Assembly: GCA_963662435.1 (NCBI GenBank)
Contig: OY759598.1
Location: forward strand, 2,946,507 to 3,010,506
From: Dehalococcoidia bacterium
GTDB lineage: Bacteria; Chloroflexota; Dehalococcoidia; Lucifugimonadales; VXLM01
Direction of reading: 5' to 3'
Length of the DNA: 64,000 bases
Part shown: positions 19,828 to 28,993 of the stretch, in pieces
Numbering within the stretch: the first letter of the stretch is position 1
How the letters are laid out: each line of letters opens with the position of its first letter
Notes under the pieces: model-generated
The model's database searches: none
What the model was told of the DNA's origin: nothing
What the model saw: only the letters and a program-made list of their open reading frames with translations
Position numbers and translations under genes: made by a program

Positions 19828-20688
19828 ATGAAGATCGACATCATCGGCGCCGGCACGCCGTCTCCGGCTTCGGAGCGATTCGGCTCGTGCTACGTCGTAA
19901 ACGTGGGCGGCGAGAGGCTAATGTTCGACTGCGGCCCCGCGTCCACGCACAAGCTCGTGAAGATGGGAATACCGCTAACCGAGATCGAGAACCTCTTCTT
20001 CACACACCACCACTTCGACCACGATGTCGATTACCCGTGCTTCATTCTCAGCCGCTGGAACCTCTTCACCGGCGGCGAACGCGACCTGCAGGTGTACGGC
20101 CCCAACCTGACGGAGCGGATCACCCACAGGATCATGGACGAGCACGAGGGCGCGTTCGCACACGACTGGATCGCGAGAATCAACCACCCGCTGAGCCTCA
20201 ACGCCTTCACGTCGCGGGGCGGCATACTCCCTCGCCCGGCTCCCGTCGTGGTCGCGAAGGACATTGGACCCGGCAGAATTGCCATGGGCGCCGACTGGGA
20301 GGTTTCCGCCGCGCCCGCAGAGCACGTGCAGCCGTGGCTCGACTCCCTTGCCTACCGTATCGACAGCGACGAGGGCAGCGTCGTCGTCACCGGTGACACG
20401 CGACCGTGCGACAGCGTCGTCCAGATCGCCAGGGACGTGGACACGATGGTCTGCCTCTGCACATACATCGAGGACGATGCGGAAGGTACAGCGGAGGAAG
20501 AGTACATGTGCGGGAGCGAGACGGCGGCAAAGATGGCCCAGGACGCGGGCGCCAAGCGGCTCGTCATCGTGCATCAGACCGATGCCATGGACGCTCCTGG
20601 CGAGACCGAGCGGGCGCTCCGCGACATTTCCCGACACTACGACGGCGAGATCGTCTGGGGCCGCGAGCTCATGAGCGTAAACGTCTAG
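19828..20688 (+). CDS. MBL-fold metallo-hydrolase (RNase Z/AtsA-like)
   Basis: GAGTP, FDCG, THHHFDH, VYGP, AYRID, GDT. Confidence 0.9.
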   Translation: MKIDIIGAGTPSPASERFGSCYVVNVGGERLMFDCGPASTHKLVKMGIPLTEIENLFFTHHHFDHDVDYPCFILSRWNLFTGGERDLQVYGPNLTERITHRIMDEHEGAFAHDWIARINHPLSLNAFTSRGGILPRPAPVVVAKDIGPGRIAMGADWEVSAAPAEHVQPWLDSLAYRIDSDEGSVVVTGDTRPCDSVVQIARDVDTMVCLCTYIEDDAEGTAEEEYMCGSETAAKMAQDAGAKRLVIVHQTDAMDAPGETERALRDISRHYDGEIVWGRELMSVNV

Positions 20689-20721
20689 CAGGGTTTGGGA
20701 CGTGTGTGGGACAATTGAGAT

Positions 20722-21147
20722 ATGGAAGAACGCCTCACTATAGGCCGCGTGCTGCGAGCGCTGCTGAGCGCGCTGTTCACCACGGCCGCCACGGCTGCGA
20801 TCTTCCTCCCCACGCTGGGACCCCTGCTGGACCACCACTACGCCGAGCGCCTGCCCAATCACACCCACCTGTATTTCGGAGCCGGTGGCCCTGACCACGT
20901 TCACCCTTTTGAGGTTCGAGACCACTACCACTATTACCCCGAAGAAGCCCCATCTGACGGCATCGTCTACCTCGCGTCTTACGACGGCAGCAACCCTGTG
21001 ATGATCGACGCGACGGTGCACGCGATCCAGCAGTCCCCGCCCTTTGTCGGCCCGGACGACGACCCTGCAGTCTACGGGCTCTCCCCCGACTCCCTCATTC
21101 CCGAAGACGCGATACTCGCCGTACCCAAGAGACCTCCTCGCGCCTAG
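20722..21147 (+). CDS. His-rich exported leader protein, CutF/DUF2946-like, with C-terminal PKRPPRA
   Basis: N-terminal hydrophobic segment; DHH, HTH, HVH, HYH motifs; Pro-rich C-terminus ending RPPRA; no Cys. Confidence 0.6.
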   Translation: MEERLTIGRVLRALLSALFTTAATAAIFLPTLGPLLDHHYAERLPNHTHLYFGAGGPDHVHPFEVRDHYHYYPEEAPSDGIVYLASYDGSNPVMIDATVHAIQQSPPFVGPDDDPAVYGLSPDSLIPEDAILAVPKRPPRA

Positions 21148-21249
21148 TTCCTTTCGTGCCTGAAACCATTGACCCTTCCGGTCGCGCAAACCCGCGAACA
21201 ATTGCGTCGGGGCATGCAATCCGGGACGGCGTCAGTTCGTGAAAGGAGC
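21147..21249 (+). promoter_or_regulatory. Anti-SD/SD pairing (candidate translational attenuator)
   Basis: GTTCCTTTCGTG (21147-21158) can pair over 12 bp (3 G.U) with CGTGAAAGGAGC (21238-21249), which holds the SD of the ATG at 21254. Confidence 0.6.
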
Positions 21250-21253
21250 AGCT

Positions 21254-21985
21254 ATGCACCCTGCAATTAACAAGAGATTCTGGCTCGCGGCAGCATTCGC
21301 CGCCGTGCTGGGCCTGGCGGTTGGCGCCGTATACGCCCACGAGGGACGAGAGGTTGGTGACTACAACATCAACATCGGATGGATCGTGGAACCTGCATAC
21401 GAGGGCTTCCTCAACGGTGTGGAGGTCCGCATCGCCAGGGTGACTGAAGGTGGAGATGACCACGGTGAGTCCGCGTCGATGAGTGAGAGCGATGACTCGG
21501 GAAGCACCATGATGATGGCCGCCGACCATCACAACGACTCGGGGGGCGTGACCGGCCTGGAGAAGACCCTGCAGGTTGAGGTGGTCTATGTTTCCACGGG
21601 AGCCTCGAGGGTCCTCAACCTGACAGCGGACGCGACCGAGAAGGGACGCTACACGGGAGACCTGCTTCCCACCACGCCAGGGGTGTACGAGTTCCGTGTC
21701 TTCGGCACAATCGAGGGCATGGTGGTCGACGAGACGTTCGCCTCGTTAGGAGGTGGCGGGGGCTTCGACGATATCCACTCGACCGCGGAGCTCCAGTTCC
21801 CCGACCGGCTGCCATCGAACCGTGAACTCGAAAGCGCCGTCCGGGGAGCGATCAGCACCGCGGAGCAGGCGCAGGACGCCGCCGAAGAGGGCCCGGATGT
21901 GCTGCCCATCGTGGCGCTGGCGCTTGCCGTATCAGGAGTGGTGCTTGGGGCCTCGGGCCTCGCTATAGGGCTGCGGAGGCGCTGA
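21254..21985 (+). CDS. Exported, C-terminally anchored probable metal(Cu)-binding protein
   Basis: Signal peptide ending VYA|HE (mature N-terminal His), Met/His-rich insert (DDHGES...MMMAADHH), YtkA/FixH-like PG.YEFRVFG, C-terminal TM plus RRR. Confidence 0.75.
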   Translation: MHPAINKRFWLAAAFAAVLGLAVGAVYAHEGREVGDYNINIGWIVEPAYEGFLNGVEVRIARVTEGGDDHGESASMSESDDSGSTMMMAADHHNDSGGVTGLEKTLQVEVVYVSTGASRVLNLTADATEKGRYTGDLLPTTPGVYEFRVFGTIEGMVVDETFASLGGGGGFDDIHSTAELQFPDRLPSNRELESAVRGAISTAEQAQDAAEEGPDVLPIVALALAVSGVVLGASGLAIGLRRR

Positions 21986-22088
21986 CACGCCCCCGTGCTC
22001 CGAAGAGCCTCGAATCACCCTGTGGCGGTGACAGGGTGACCCACCTTTCACCCCCGGTTCAGGTAACGGAGCGGGCACTGGGGCTGTC
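21984..22088 (+). ncRNA. Candidate compact 6S-like structured RNA
   Basis: Closing stem GACA-c-GCCCC-c-GTGCTC / GGGCAC-t-GGGGC-TGTC; inner CCT-c-GAATC / GGTTCAGG; 3' motifs CCCACC..GGTTCA..GGCAC as in 6S RNAs; much shorter than a typical 6S. Confidence 0.33.
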
Positions 22089-22164
22089 GTAGAGTGGTAG
22101 GACCGCATCTTGATTCGACGATTTCACCACGAACGGCTCGTAACTGCCATTTGGGACACGAATT

Positions 22165-22199
22165 AAACAAAACGGGTGGCCTCCGGCGGAGGCCACCCG
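22165..22199 (-). terminator. Intrinsic terminator downstream of the YtxH-like gene
   Basis: Inverted repeat CGGGTGGCCTCC / GGAGGCCACCCG (22173-22199) followed on the minus strand by TTTTGTTT. Confidence 0.85.
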
Positions 22200-22225
22200 C
22201 ATTCATCCTCGGGCTGTTTTTGCAG

Positions 22226-22600
22226 CTAGCTGGCTGCGGCTGCGGACTTGGGTGCCGCAGCTTCTTGCACTTCCTCTTCGGGCTCCGCTTCGACGCCATT
22301 GGTGCTGGCCACTTCCGGCTCGACCGGGGCCACTGGCTGTTCCATGCCCATCCGCTCGCGCACCGCGTCGACAGCCGGGCTGACCTGGTGTCGCAGGGTG
22401 TCGATGGTCGGGCTGATGTTGTGGCCGATCTGGCCGGCGAAGTCCTCGGCCCGGTTTCTCCACGCATCACTGTGCTCGGCGATCCCGGCTCGCGTCTCCG
22501 CGCCGGACTTCGGCGCCAGCAACAGGCCAACCGCAGCGCCTACAAGACCGCCCAGCAAGAACCCTGAAATAAATGCCATTCCACTATCGTTATCTGCCAT
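22226..22600 (-). CDS. YtxH domain-containing protein
   Basis: FISGFLLGGLVGAAVGLLLAPKSGAETR; AAGGAGG RBS. Confidence 0.92.
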   Translation of the reverse strand: MADNDSGMAFISGFLLGGLVGAAVGLLLAPKSGAETRAGIAEHSDAWRNRAEDFAGQIGHNISPTIDTLRHQVSPAVDAVRERMGMEQPVAPVEPEVASTNGVEAEPEEEVQEAAAPKSAAAAS

Positions 22601-22630
22601 GATATGTGTCCTCCTTATATTGGACTGAAC

Positions 22631-22900
22631 TCACGAATCCGCGCGAGATCGACGCAGTAGAAAAGATAGTACCTTCCCAATCCCTGATGCCACACCCGCG
22701 CCCGAGGATGACGACTCCGAGAACCGCTCCGATATCGCGTCCGCCACTTCCCTTGTACTCTTTAACGTTCCGTCCACCGATTCGAGTACGCTCGACAGCT
22801 TCCTGTAGACCACAAAGAGAGCGACGCCGGTAAAGACCAAGACGAAGATTAGAAGAATGTCCCGGATGATTCCGACGACATATGCCGTGTCTTGCAGCAA
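22631..22900 (-). CDS. Small membrane protein (DUF948/YoxC-like)
   Basis: One TM helix plus an amphipathic helix, directly upstream of the ytxH-like gene (usual pairing). Confidence 0.65.
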   Translation of the reverse strand: MLQDTAYVVGIIRDILLIFVLVFTGVALFVVYRKLSSVLESVDGTLKSTREVADAISERFSESSSSGAGVASGIGKVLSFLLRRSRADS

Positions 22901-23031
22901 CTCACACCCCCCCTTCGCCCCGACACTAAGTTAATCGTAGCACGCGAATTGAACCTGTGTAAACGACTTTAGGTGTCGCGAGAAATGCAATTACGCTTGA
23001 GGGAGAGGATTCACCGCTGAGGGAAGGAGGG

Positions 23032-23059
23032 TGGATTCCCGCGTACGCGGGAATGACGG
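23032..23059. repeat. REP-like palindrome, family A
   Basis: TGGATTCCCGCGTACGCGGGAATGACGG. Confidence 0.8.
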
Positions 23060-23199
23060 ATTCACGATGTATTCAATGTGAATTGGTATTATTCACTGTC
23101 CTGTAGGGCATATGAAAGGAAAACGGCGAATACGAGAGACCGCGTTGACTTCCATTGAAGGAATCACTACCATTCAAAGCCGGAAAGGTAATAATTTCG

Positions 23200-24618
23200 A
23201 TGACCGAGCAGAGTATGCGCCGCGTGGTATTTGTGGGAGTGATAACGCTGCTTGGCTTGGCGTTCGCCATTTCCACCGCGACGGCACAGTCGACGCTGAG
23301 CGCGTCGCCGTCCACCATCGGCATAGGGGATACGACGACAGTAACGTCTTCAAGCGATGTATCCTCCGACCTGAGGCTCAAGCTGGTCTTTCCTTACCCT
23401 CAGCTTACGACGAGAGAGGAGTGCCCGGCTCCAAGACCACGGGACATCGCAGGTCCCGGCACTTATGTTTTGGATACCGTAAACGCCTCGGTCATTTTCA
23501 AGGGGTGCTGGAGCGGGAAAGCCACCGTCAAGCTCTTGACGGTTAGCGACAATACGGAGTTGGCAAGGGTTCAGGTTGAGATCCTCACGCCAAGCGTCAG
23601 TATGACCGGGCTCTCCTCTGCTCTGGACAAAGGCGCGAACGTCCCTTTCACGGTAACCGCGTCGAATCTGTCGGATTCGCAGACCTACAGCATTGAGGTT
23701 CTCTCGAGCGACGGCGACATCAGGTTCGTCTCCACACCAGGCAGCACTGTCCGCTCCCCTCTGTTGGCCTCGGCGGGGGACCTGTCGGGCGACACCTCGT
23801 ACAGCAGAGACTTCACCTTCCATGCGTGCAATGTTGGGGGCGCGTCCGTCTTCGCGTCCGTTCTGCACGGAACCCGGACTATAGGACTGGATTCTCAATA
23901 CATCAGGGTAACGGAGCCGACGGACTCGCCCGCGCCCACCGACACGACGGCGGCGCCGACCTGCCTAACGCTGTCGCTCGAGGACGACGGGAACATCCGG
24001 CTCGACTACACGGGCAGTGCGCTTGGCAGACACTTCTTCGAGTTGCACCGCTCGGAGACCGAGGACGAGACCTATGCAAGGCACCTGACCAGAAACGACA
24101 ATTATTCGCCTGCCTACTGGTACACGCCGACCCAGGGGTACTACTACAGGGCTCGAGGGAAATCGTGTCCAGAGCGCCACGCGGTCGGGTGCGACGACCT
24201 GCCTTGGAGTGAGTGGTCGGATGTCCTGCACGTTCCTAACGACAATACGGACACAGTGGCATCGCTTACTCCTGCTCCTGGCGATGTATCATTGGACGGT
24301 GACCAGTGGGAAATCCCTCTAGATGGTGCCCGATGGCACGAGTTCACCGTCAAGACGAACAAAAGTGTCCGGGTAATCGTCACGGGCGGTGTGGCGGAGA
24401 TTACGCTTGCGAACGCCGAAAGCCGGAGGAACATCTGCCCAGCCGAGGGCGACGAAGAGCGGACGCGCGGCAACAACCAAGTGTTCTGGATATCAGGCTG
24501 TGCTGCAGGAAACGGAACGCTTGAGTTGCGCGACTCCGCTACGGACGACCTCGTCGTGTCCTACCCGTTCACCGTCGTCGATTCTTCCGGTGAACCATCA
24601 CTCGGCGACGGCAATTAA
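23200..24618 (+). CDS. Secreted multi-domain protein with Ig/FN3-like beta-rich repeats (start uncertain, 23155-23215)
   Basis: Signal peptide ending ATA|Q; Cys-containing repeats; FN3-like Y.YRARG...WSEWS. Confidence 0.7.
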   Translation: MTEQSMRRVVFVGVITLLGLAFAISTATAQSTLSASPSTIGIGDTTTVTSSSDVSSDLRLKLVFPYPQLTTREECPAPRPRDIAGPGTYVLDTVNASVIFKGCWSGKATVKLLTVSDNTELARVQVEILTPSVSMTGLSSALDKGANVPFTVTASNLSDSQTYSIEVLSSDGDIRFVSTPGSTVRSPLLASAGDLSGDTSYSRDFTFHACNVGGASVFASVLHGTRTIGLDSQYIRVTEPTDSPAPTDTTAAPTCLTLSLEDDGNIRLDYTGSALGRHFFELHRSETEDETYARHLTRNDNYSPAYWYTPTQGYYYRARGKSCPERHAVGCDDLPWSEWSDVLHVPNDNTDTVASLTPAPGDVSLDGDQWEIPLDGARWHEFTVKTNKSVRVIVTGGVAEITLANAESRRNICPAEGDEERTRGNNQVFWISGCAAGNGTLELRDSATDDLVVSYPFTVVDSSGEPSLGDGN

Positions 24619-24807
24619 GCCTGTCAAACCGCGCGTAATCGTTCAGTCTTGGTGAGGGGAACTACCCCTGCCCCTTTGGATATTGGCTCTGGAAACGATA
24701 TGCTGAGCTGGAGCGTGTCTGAACAGCCATGGCATGACGGCGACAAGCTGATGGTGCGGATACGGGAGGCGCGTTAGCGGTTGTCGACAGGCCGCCGAAC
24801 TAGGCCT

Positions 24808-26058
24808 CTAGCCCGCCGCCGGCATCGACTTCCGTAGCGCGAAGCTGAAGACGCTGCCTCGTCCGGGTTCGCTCTCGACCCAAATGCGGCCTCCGTGCGC
24901 CTCGATGATGCCCTTGGCTATGCTTAGGCCGATGCCCGCGCCGCCTGAGTCCCGGTGACGAGCGGGATCCGCGCGGTAGGCGCGTTCGAAGATCTTGGGC
25001 AGATCGCGCCGGCGGATGCCTTCGCCTGTGTCGGCCACCTGCACGTGTACCTCCTCACCGGCGTCCACCGCTCGTATCGAGATGGAGCCGTCGGGCGGGG
25101 TATAGCGGATGGAATTCTGCACAAGGTTGTACAGCACGCGCTGCACGCGCTGGGAGTCCATGGAGACGGGTGAGATGTCCTCGGCGACCTCGCCCTCAAG
25201 CCGCAGCCTACGGTTGTTGGCCTGTGCCGCCATGCTTTCGAGGGTGTCGGATATGAGGTCTTGGATGGACGACGACTCGATGTGGAGGGCAAGGATGCCC
25301 GCGTCGATCTGGGAAAGCTCGAACAGGTCCCCGATCAGTCCGCTGAGGTTCTCAACCTCAGACTGGATGGTCGCGAGGTAGCGGGCCTTGGTGTCCTCGT
25401 CGGTGACGACGCCGTCGTTGATGCTCTCGATCATGGCCCGGATGGACGCGAGAGGCGTCCGGAGGTCGTGAGAGACCGCCCCAAATAGCTCCTTGCGGGC
25501 GTTTTCAAGGTCGCGCTCGCGCTCGAAGCTGCCCTGGAGACGCTCCACCATGTCGTTGAAGGCGGCGGCGAGCTCGCCGACCTCGTCGTTGGACTCGACG
25601 GGCACCCTCGTGTCGAGGCTGCCGGTGTTGATCTCGCGTACGGCGCTGACAAATCCGCCCATCACCCGCGCGGTTGGCACGGACGAGGCGTACGCTACGA
25701 AGATGGATATGCCGACCGAGAAGACGGTGAGCACGACGAGGAGGTAGAAATCGTGCTGTGAGAAGAACATGAGCACGGCGACGAATCCGACATTGGCAAG
25801 GGAGAGCGCCATGACGAGGACGGATATGAGGATGAGACGGCTTCGGATAGAGCGCGCCCAAGACGGCAGCCCGAACTGGGAGACCGCGACTCCGAGGGCG
25901 ACGGTGATGCCGCTCGACAGGAGCAGGAACAGGCCGAGGTCGACCAGATCGCTCGCGGGTGGGTCGAGCAGCACAACGGTTGTCGCGAGTACGACTGCCA
26001 GGAGGATGAGCAGCGTCGCCGCCGCCTGCATGGAGTGCTTAGCAAGTGTGGCCATCAT
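24808..26058 (-). CDS. HAMP-domain sensor histidine kinase
   Basis: TM helices, DEVGELAAAFNDM, VSHDLRTPL, NLVQNSIRYT, D.G.GI, GAGIGLSIA. Confidence 0.96.
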   Translation of the reverse strand: MMATLAKHSMQAAATLLILLAVVLATTVVLLDPPASDLVDLGLFLLLSSGITVALGVAVSQFGLPSWARSIRSRLILISVLVMALSLANVGFVAVLMFFSQHDFYLLVVLTVFSVGISIFVAYASSVPTARVMGGFVSAVREINTGSLDTRVPVESNDEVGELAAAFNDMVERLQGSFERERDLENARKELFGAVSHDLRTPLASIRAMIESINDGVVTDEDTKARYLATIQSEVENLSGLIGDLFELSQIDAGILALHIESSSIQDLISDTLESMAAQANNRRLRLEGEVAEDISPVSMDSQRVQRVLYNLVQNSIRYTPPDGSISIRAVDAGEEVHVQVADTGEGIRRRDLPKIFERAYRADPARHRDSGGAGIGLSIAKGIIEAHGGRIWVESEPGRGSVFSFALRKSMPAAG

Positions 26059-26744
26059 TCAGCCTCGAACTTATAGCCGACTCCCCAGACGGTCTTGATG
26101 AATCTCGGCTTGAGAGGGTCGGACTCCAGCTTCGCCCTGAGACGGCGAATGTGCACGGTCACGGTTGAGTAATCGGCTGCGTATGAGTAGTCCCACACCT
26201 GGTCCATCAGCTGCGTCCTCGTAAAGACGTGGTTGGGGTGGGACGCGAGGAAGAAGAGAAGATCGAACTCCTTGGCCGTCAGCGTGACCTTGCGGGGCCC
26301 GTCCGTTACTTCTCTGGTGTCGGGGTTGATTTCCAGTGAGCCGAACTTGAGCGATGAGCCGGTACCCGTCCCCGGACTGGCCTGGGCTCGTCGCAGTACC
26401 GACTTGACGCGCGCCACGAGCTCTCGCGGGCTGAACGGCTTGACCATGTAGTCGTCGGCGCCCATTTCAAGCCCCACGATGCGGTCGGTCTCCTCGCCGC
26501 GCGCCGTGAGCATGATGATCGGCACGTCGGAATTCTTGCGGAGGATGCGGCAGACCTCGAGGCCGTCGAGGACGGGGAGCATCAGGTCGAGCACGACGAG
26601 GTGGGGACCCCAATCCTGGGCGACCTTGAGCGCGTCAGCCCCGTCAGCGGCGATGGCGGCATCGTACCCTTCGAGCTTCAGGTATCGCTCGACGACCTCC
26701 GTCACAACACGCTCGTCGTCTACGATGAGTATTCGAGTCGCCAT
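26055..26744 (-). CDS. OmpR/PhoB family response regulator
   Basis: ILIVDDE, LDLMLP..DG, GADDY..KPFS, LTAKEFDLL, VTVHIRRLR.K, TVWGVGY. Confidence 0.97.
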   Translation of the reverse strand: MATRILIVDDERVVTEVVERYLKLEGYDAAIAADGADALKVAQDWGPHLVVLDLMLPVLDGLEVCRILRKNSDVPIIMLTARGEETDRIVGLEMGADDYMVKPFSPRELVARVKSVLRRAQASPGTGTGSSLKFGSLEINPDTREVTDGPRKVTLTAKEFDLLFFLASHPNHVFTRTQLMDQVWDYSYAADYSTVTVHIRRLRAKLESDPLKPRFIKTVWGVGYKFEAE

Positions 26745-26993
26745 GATGTCGCCGCGCCGGTCGCTCGCACCTTCGAAGTGTGGTGCCTCCAGTATACGCG
26801 AGTCGACGGGAGCAGTCGCGGGCAGTGATGTGGTCATCGGTCGTTCCCTTTCGTTGGTTGGTGTCCATACTACGGGGCAAAGGTTTCCGCCTCATTACGT
26901 ACCTTACAGAACTGTTAACGCTTCGGAGGCGGCGCTCCTGCTGCTCGTCGCGTAGAATGGACGGCCACAATTACGAATCGCGAGGAGGGTGAG

Positions 26994-28547
26994 ATGTCGC
27001 GAGCACCTGAATACGGAATCATCTACAACTGGGACGGCGCTCCTCATGGTCACCACGAGTTTCCGCAGACGATGGAACAGTTTCTCGGCTCCATGTACGC
27101 GCCGCTGGAGGACACGCAGGTGGGGTCGCATTTCTGGTGCATAGGAGAGCACGTCGCGCGGTACCGCAGCGACGTGCTGGAGACCCTCGGGGAGCACGTG
27201 GACAGGGAATACCACAGCGTCCACGCGTACACATTCGATGAGAACGTCCTCGCCATGATCGAACGAGGTGAGGACCCGCAGGCCGCGGCCATCGAGAGAG
27301 GCCATGAGCTGGGGATGCACGTCTACGCGTCGGTGCGCATGAACGACAACCACTTCGCGGGGCTCCAGGTGGAGGACCTGGCTACGTCGCGGCACGGCTC
27401 GATTACCCAGATGCGGCGAGACCACCCCGAATGGGTGCTCGGAGACGGGGCGCAGTCGGACTGGTTCGCGCTGTCGTGGAATATGGCCGTGCCGGAGGTG
27501 CGAAGGCACAGGTACGAGCACGTGAAGGAGCTGTGCGGGGGCTGGGACTGGGACGGCGTGGAGCTCGACTGGCAGCGCCATGGGTACCACCTAGACAAGG
27601 ACTTCGGCTACAAGCTGCGTTACGCGCTGACCGACCTGCAGCGGTCGATCCGGCAGGCGACCGACAGGATCGCGGAGGAGCGGGGCAGGCCGTTCTACGT
27701 CGCTGCGAGGGTGTCCGGGACGCTGGAGATGTGCAAGAGAATCGGGTACGACATCGAGACGTGGGTCGATGAGGGACTCGTGGATATCCTCATACCAGCG
27801 GCAAGCTCAGGGACCGATCCGCTGCTGGACATCGAGGGGTTCAAGCGGCTGACCGAGGGCACCGGCATCGCCGTTTACGGGTGCATCTACGGCGCCACGG
27901 ACGGGCCGCACGTCGGGCCGGAGGACGAGGACTCAAAGCAGGACATGGTGCTGGGCGGCATCGCCGCCCGCCACTACGCTCAGGGCGCGGACGGCATCTA
28001 CGTTTTCAACTTCCACTCCGACCGCGAGTACCGGCGGAGGCTCCTGACGACGATGGGCTCGCCTGACACGCTGAGGGACGCAAGCAAGATCTACGCCGCG
28101 ACGCACAAGATTCCGCGAGTGACGGGTGAGTGGCGTGGCGCGGAGCTGAACGACCGCATCTATGCCGAAGTTCCGACGCCGTTGGTCGAGACGATGAGCG
28201 GGGACGGCCCGACTGTGGCCCTGACGGTCGCCGACGATTTTTCGTCCACCCCTCCTGAGGGCGTCTGCCTGCGTGTCCGCATGGAGGAATGGGTAGTCGG
28301 AGATCATGTCGAGGTCATGTGGGACGGCGAAACACTGCCCGACCCAACGATAGAGTATGCCGACGTCAGGTCACGTATGGGCGATGCGGTCTCCGGCGTG
28401 GTGTGGCAGTCGTACACGCTCGAACCGGCGAATGTCTCGATGGGGCAGCACAAGGTCAAGGTCGTCCTGCGGCATAGGAACCCGCGCGTCATTCCGGACA
28501 TAACACTGACGGACGTGGAGCTCGTGGTGAGGTACGGGAAGGGGTGA
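26994..28547 (+). CDS. Glycoside hydrolase-like TIM-barrel protein (GHL10/DUF187-like)
   Basis: IIYNWDG, ASVRMND.H, WDGVELDWQR, GADGIYVFNF. Confidence 0.7.
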   Translation: MSRAPEYGIIYNWDGAPHGHHEFPQTMEQFLGSMYAPLEDTQVGSHFWCIGEHVARYRSDVLETLGEHVDREYHSVHAYTFDENVLAMIERGEDPQAAAIERGHELGMHVYASVRMNDNHFAGLQVEDLATSRHGSITQMRRDHPEWVLGDGAQSDWFALSWNMAVPEVRRHRYEHVKELCGGWDWDGVELDWQRHGYHLDKDFGYKLRYALTDLQRSIRQATDRIAEERGRPFYVAARVSGTLEMCKRIGYDIETWVDEGLVDILIPAASSGTDPLLDIEGFKRLTEGTGIAVYGCIYGATDGPHVGPEDEDSKQDMVLGGIAARHYAQGADGIYVFNFHSDREYRRRLLTTMGSPDTLRDASKIYAATHKIPRVTGEWRGAELNDRIYAEVPTPLVETMSGDGPTVALTVADDFSSTPPEGVCLRVRMEEWVVGDHVEVMWDGETLPDPTIEYADVRSRMGDAVSGVVWQSYTLEPANVSMGQHKVKVVLRHRNPRVIPDITLTDVELVVRYGKG

Positions 28548-28594
28548 AGTTGGGGTTTGGGCGGTAGGTTATTGGGGCGGTTTAGGAACCTTGC

Positions 28595-28990
28595 TCATGC
28601 CGAGATTAGGCTCAGGCCCTGCATTCTCTCAAAGTGCCTTCGGTTGTTGGTGAGCAGGGTAAGTCCGTGATGTATCGCAGTTGAGCCTATTAGGAGGTCA
28701 AGGTCATCAATACGGTTTCCGGCCGTTCGCAATCTGACACGCTCCATGGCGAAAATCCGGCAGACCGGTTCTTCGAGGGGCACTACTTCATCGAGACCAT
28801 CGAGAAATATTTGCAGCCCCTGTTCAGCACTCTGCGGATTCGCGGCGCCGTACACGCCATCGTAGAGCTTGGCCAGCGAGATGATGCTCAGTCCAATACC
28901 TTGCGGCAATAGCTCGTCGAAACGGTTGACGACTCCCGGTATGCCATTCATGTAGTCGATGACCCAACTGGTGTCGACCAAGTACAGCAT
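28595..28990 (-). CDS. vapC: VapC/PIN domain toxin (conserved Glu replaced by Lys)
   Basis: YLVDTSW, ISLAKLYDG, DLDLLIGSTA, LLTNNRRHF. Confidence 0.9.
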   Translation of the reverse strand: MLYLVDTSWVIDYMNGIPGVVNRFDELLPQGIGLSIISLAKLYDGVYGAANPQSAEQGLQIFLDGLDEVVPLEEPVCRIFAMERVRLRTAGNRIDDLDLLIGSTAIHHGLTLLTNNRRHFERMQGLSLISA

Positions 28991-28993
28991 CCG

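Noticed and set aside
22080..22129. tRNA/tmRNA-like string GGGGCTGT...GTGGTAG...TTCGA...CACCA
   Set aside because: Too short, the acceptor stem does not pair and there is no anticodon arm.
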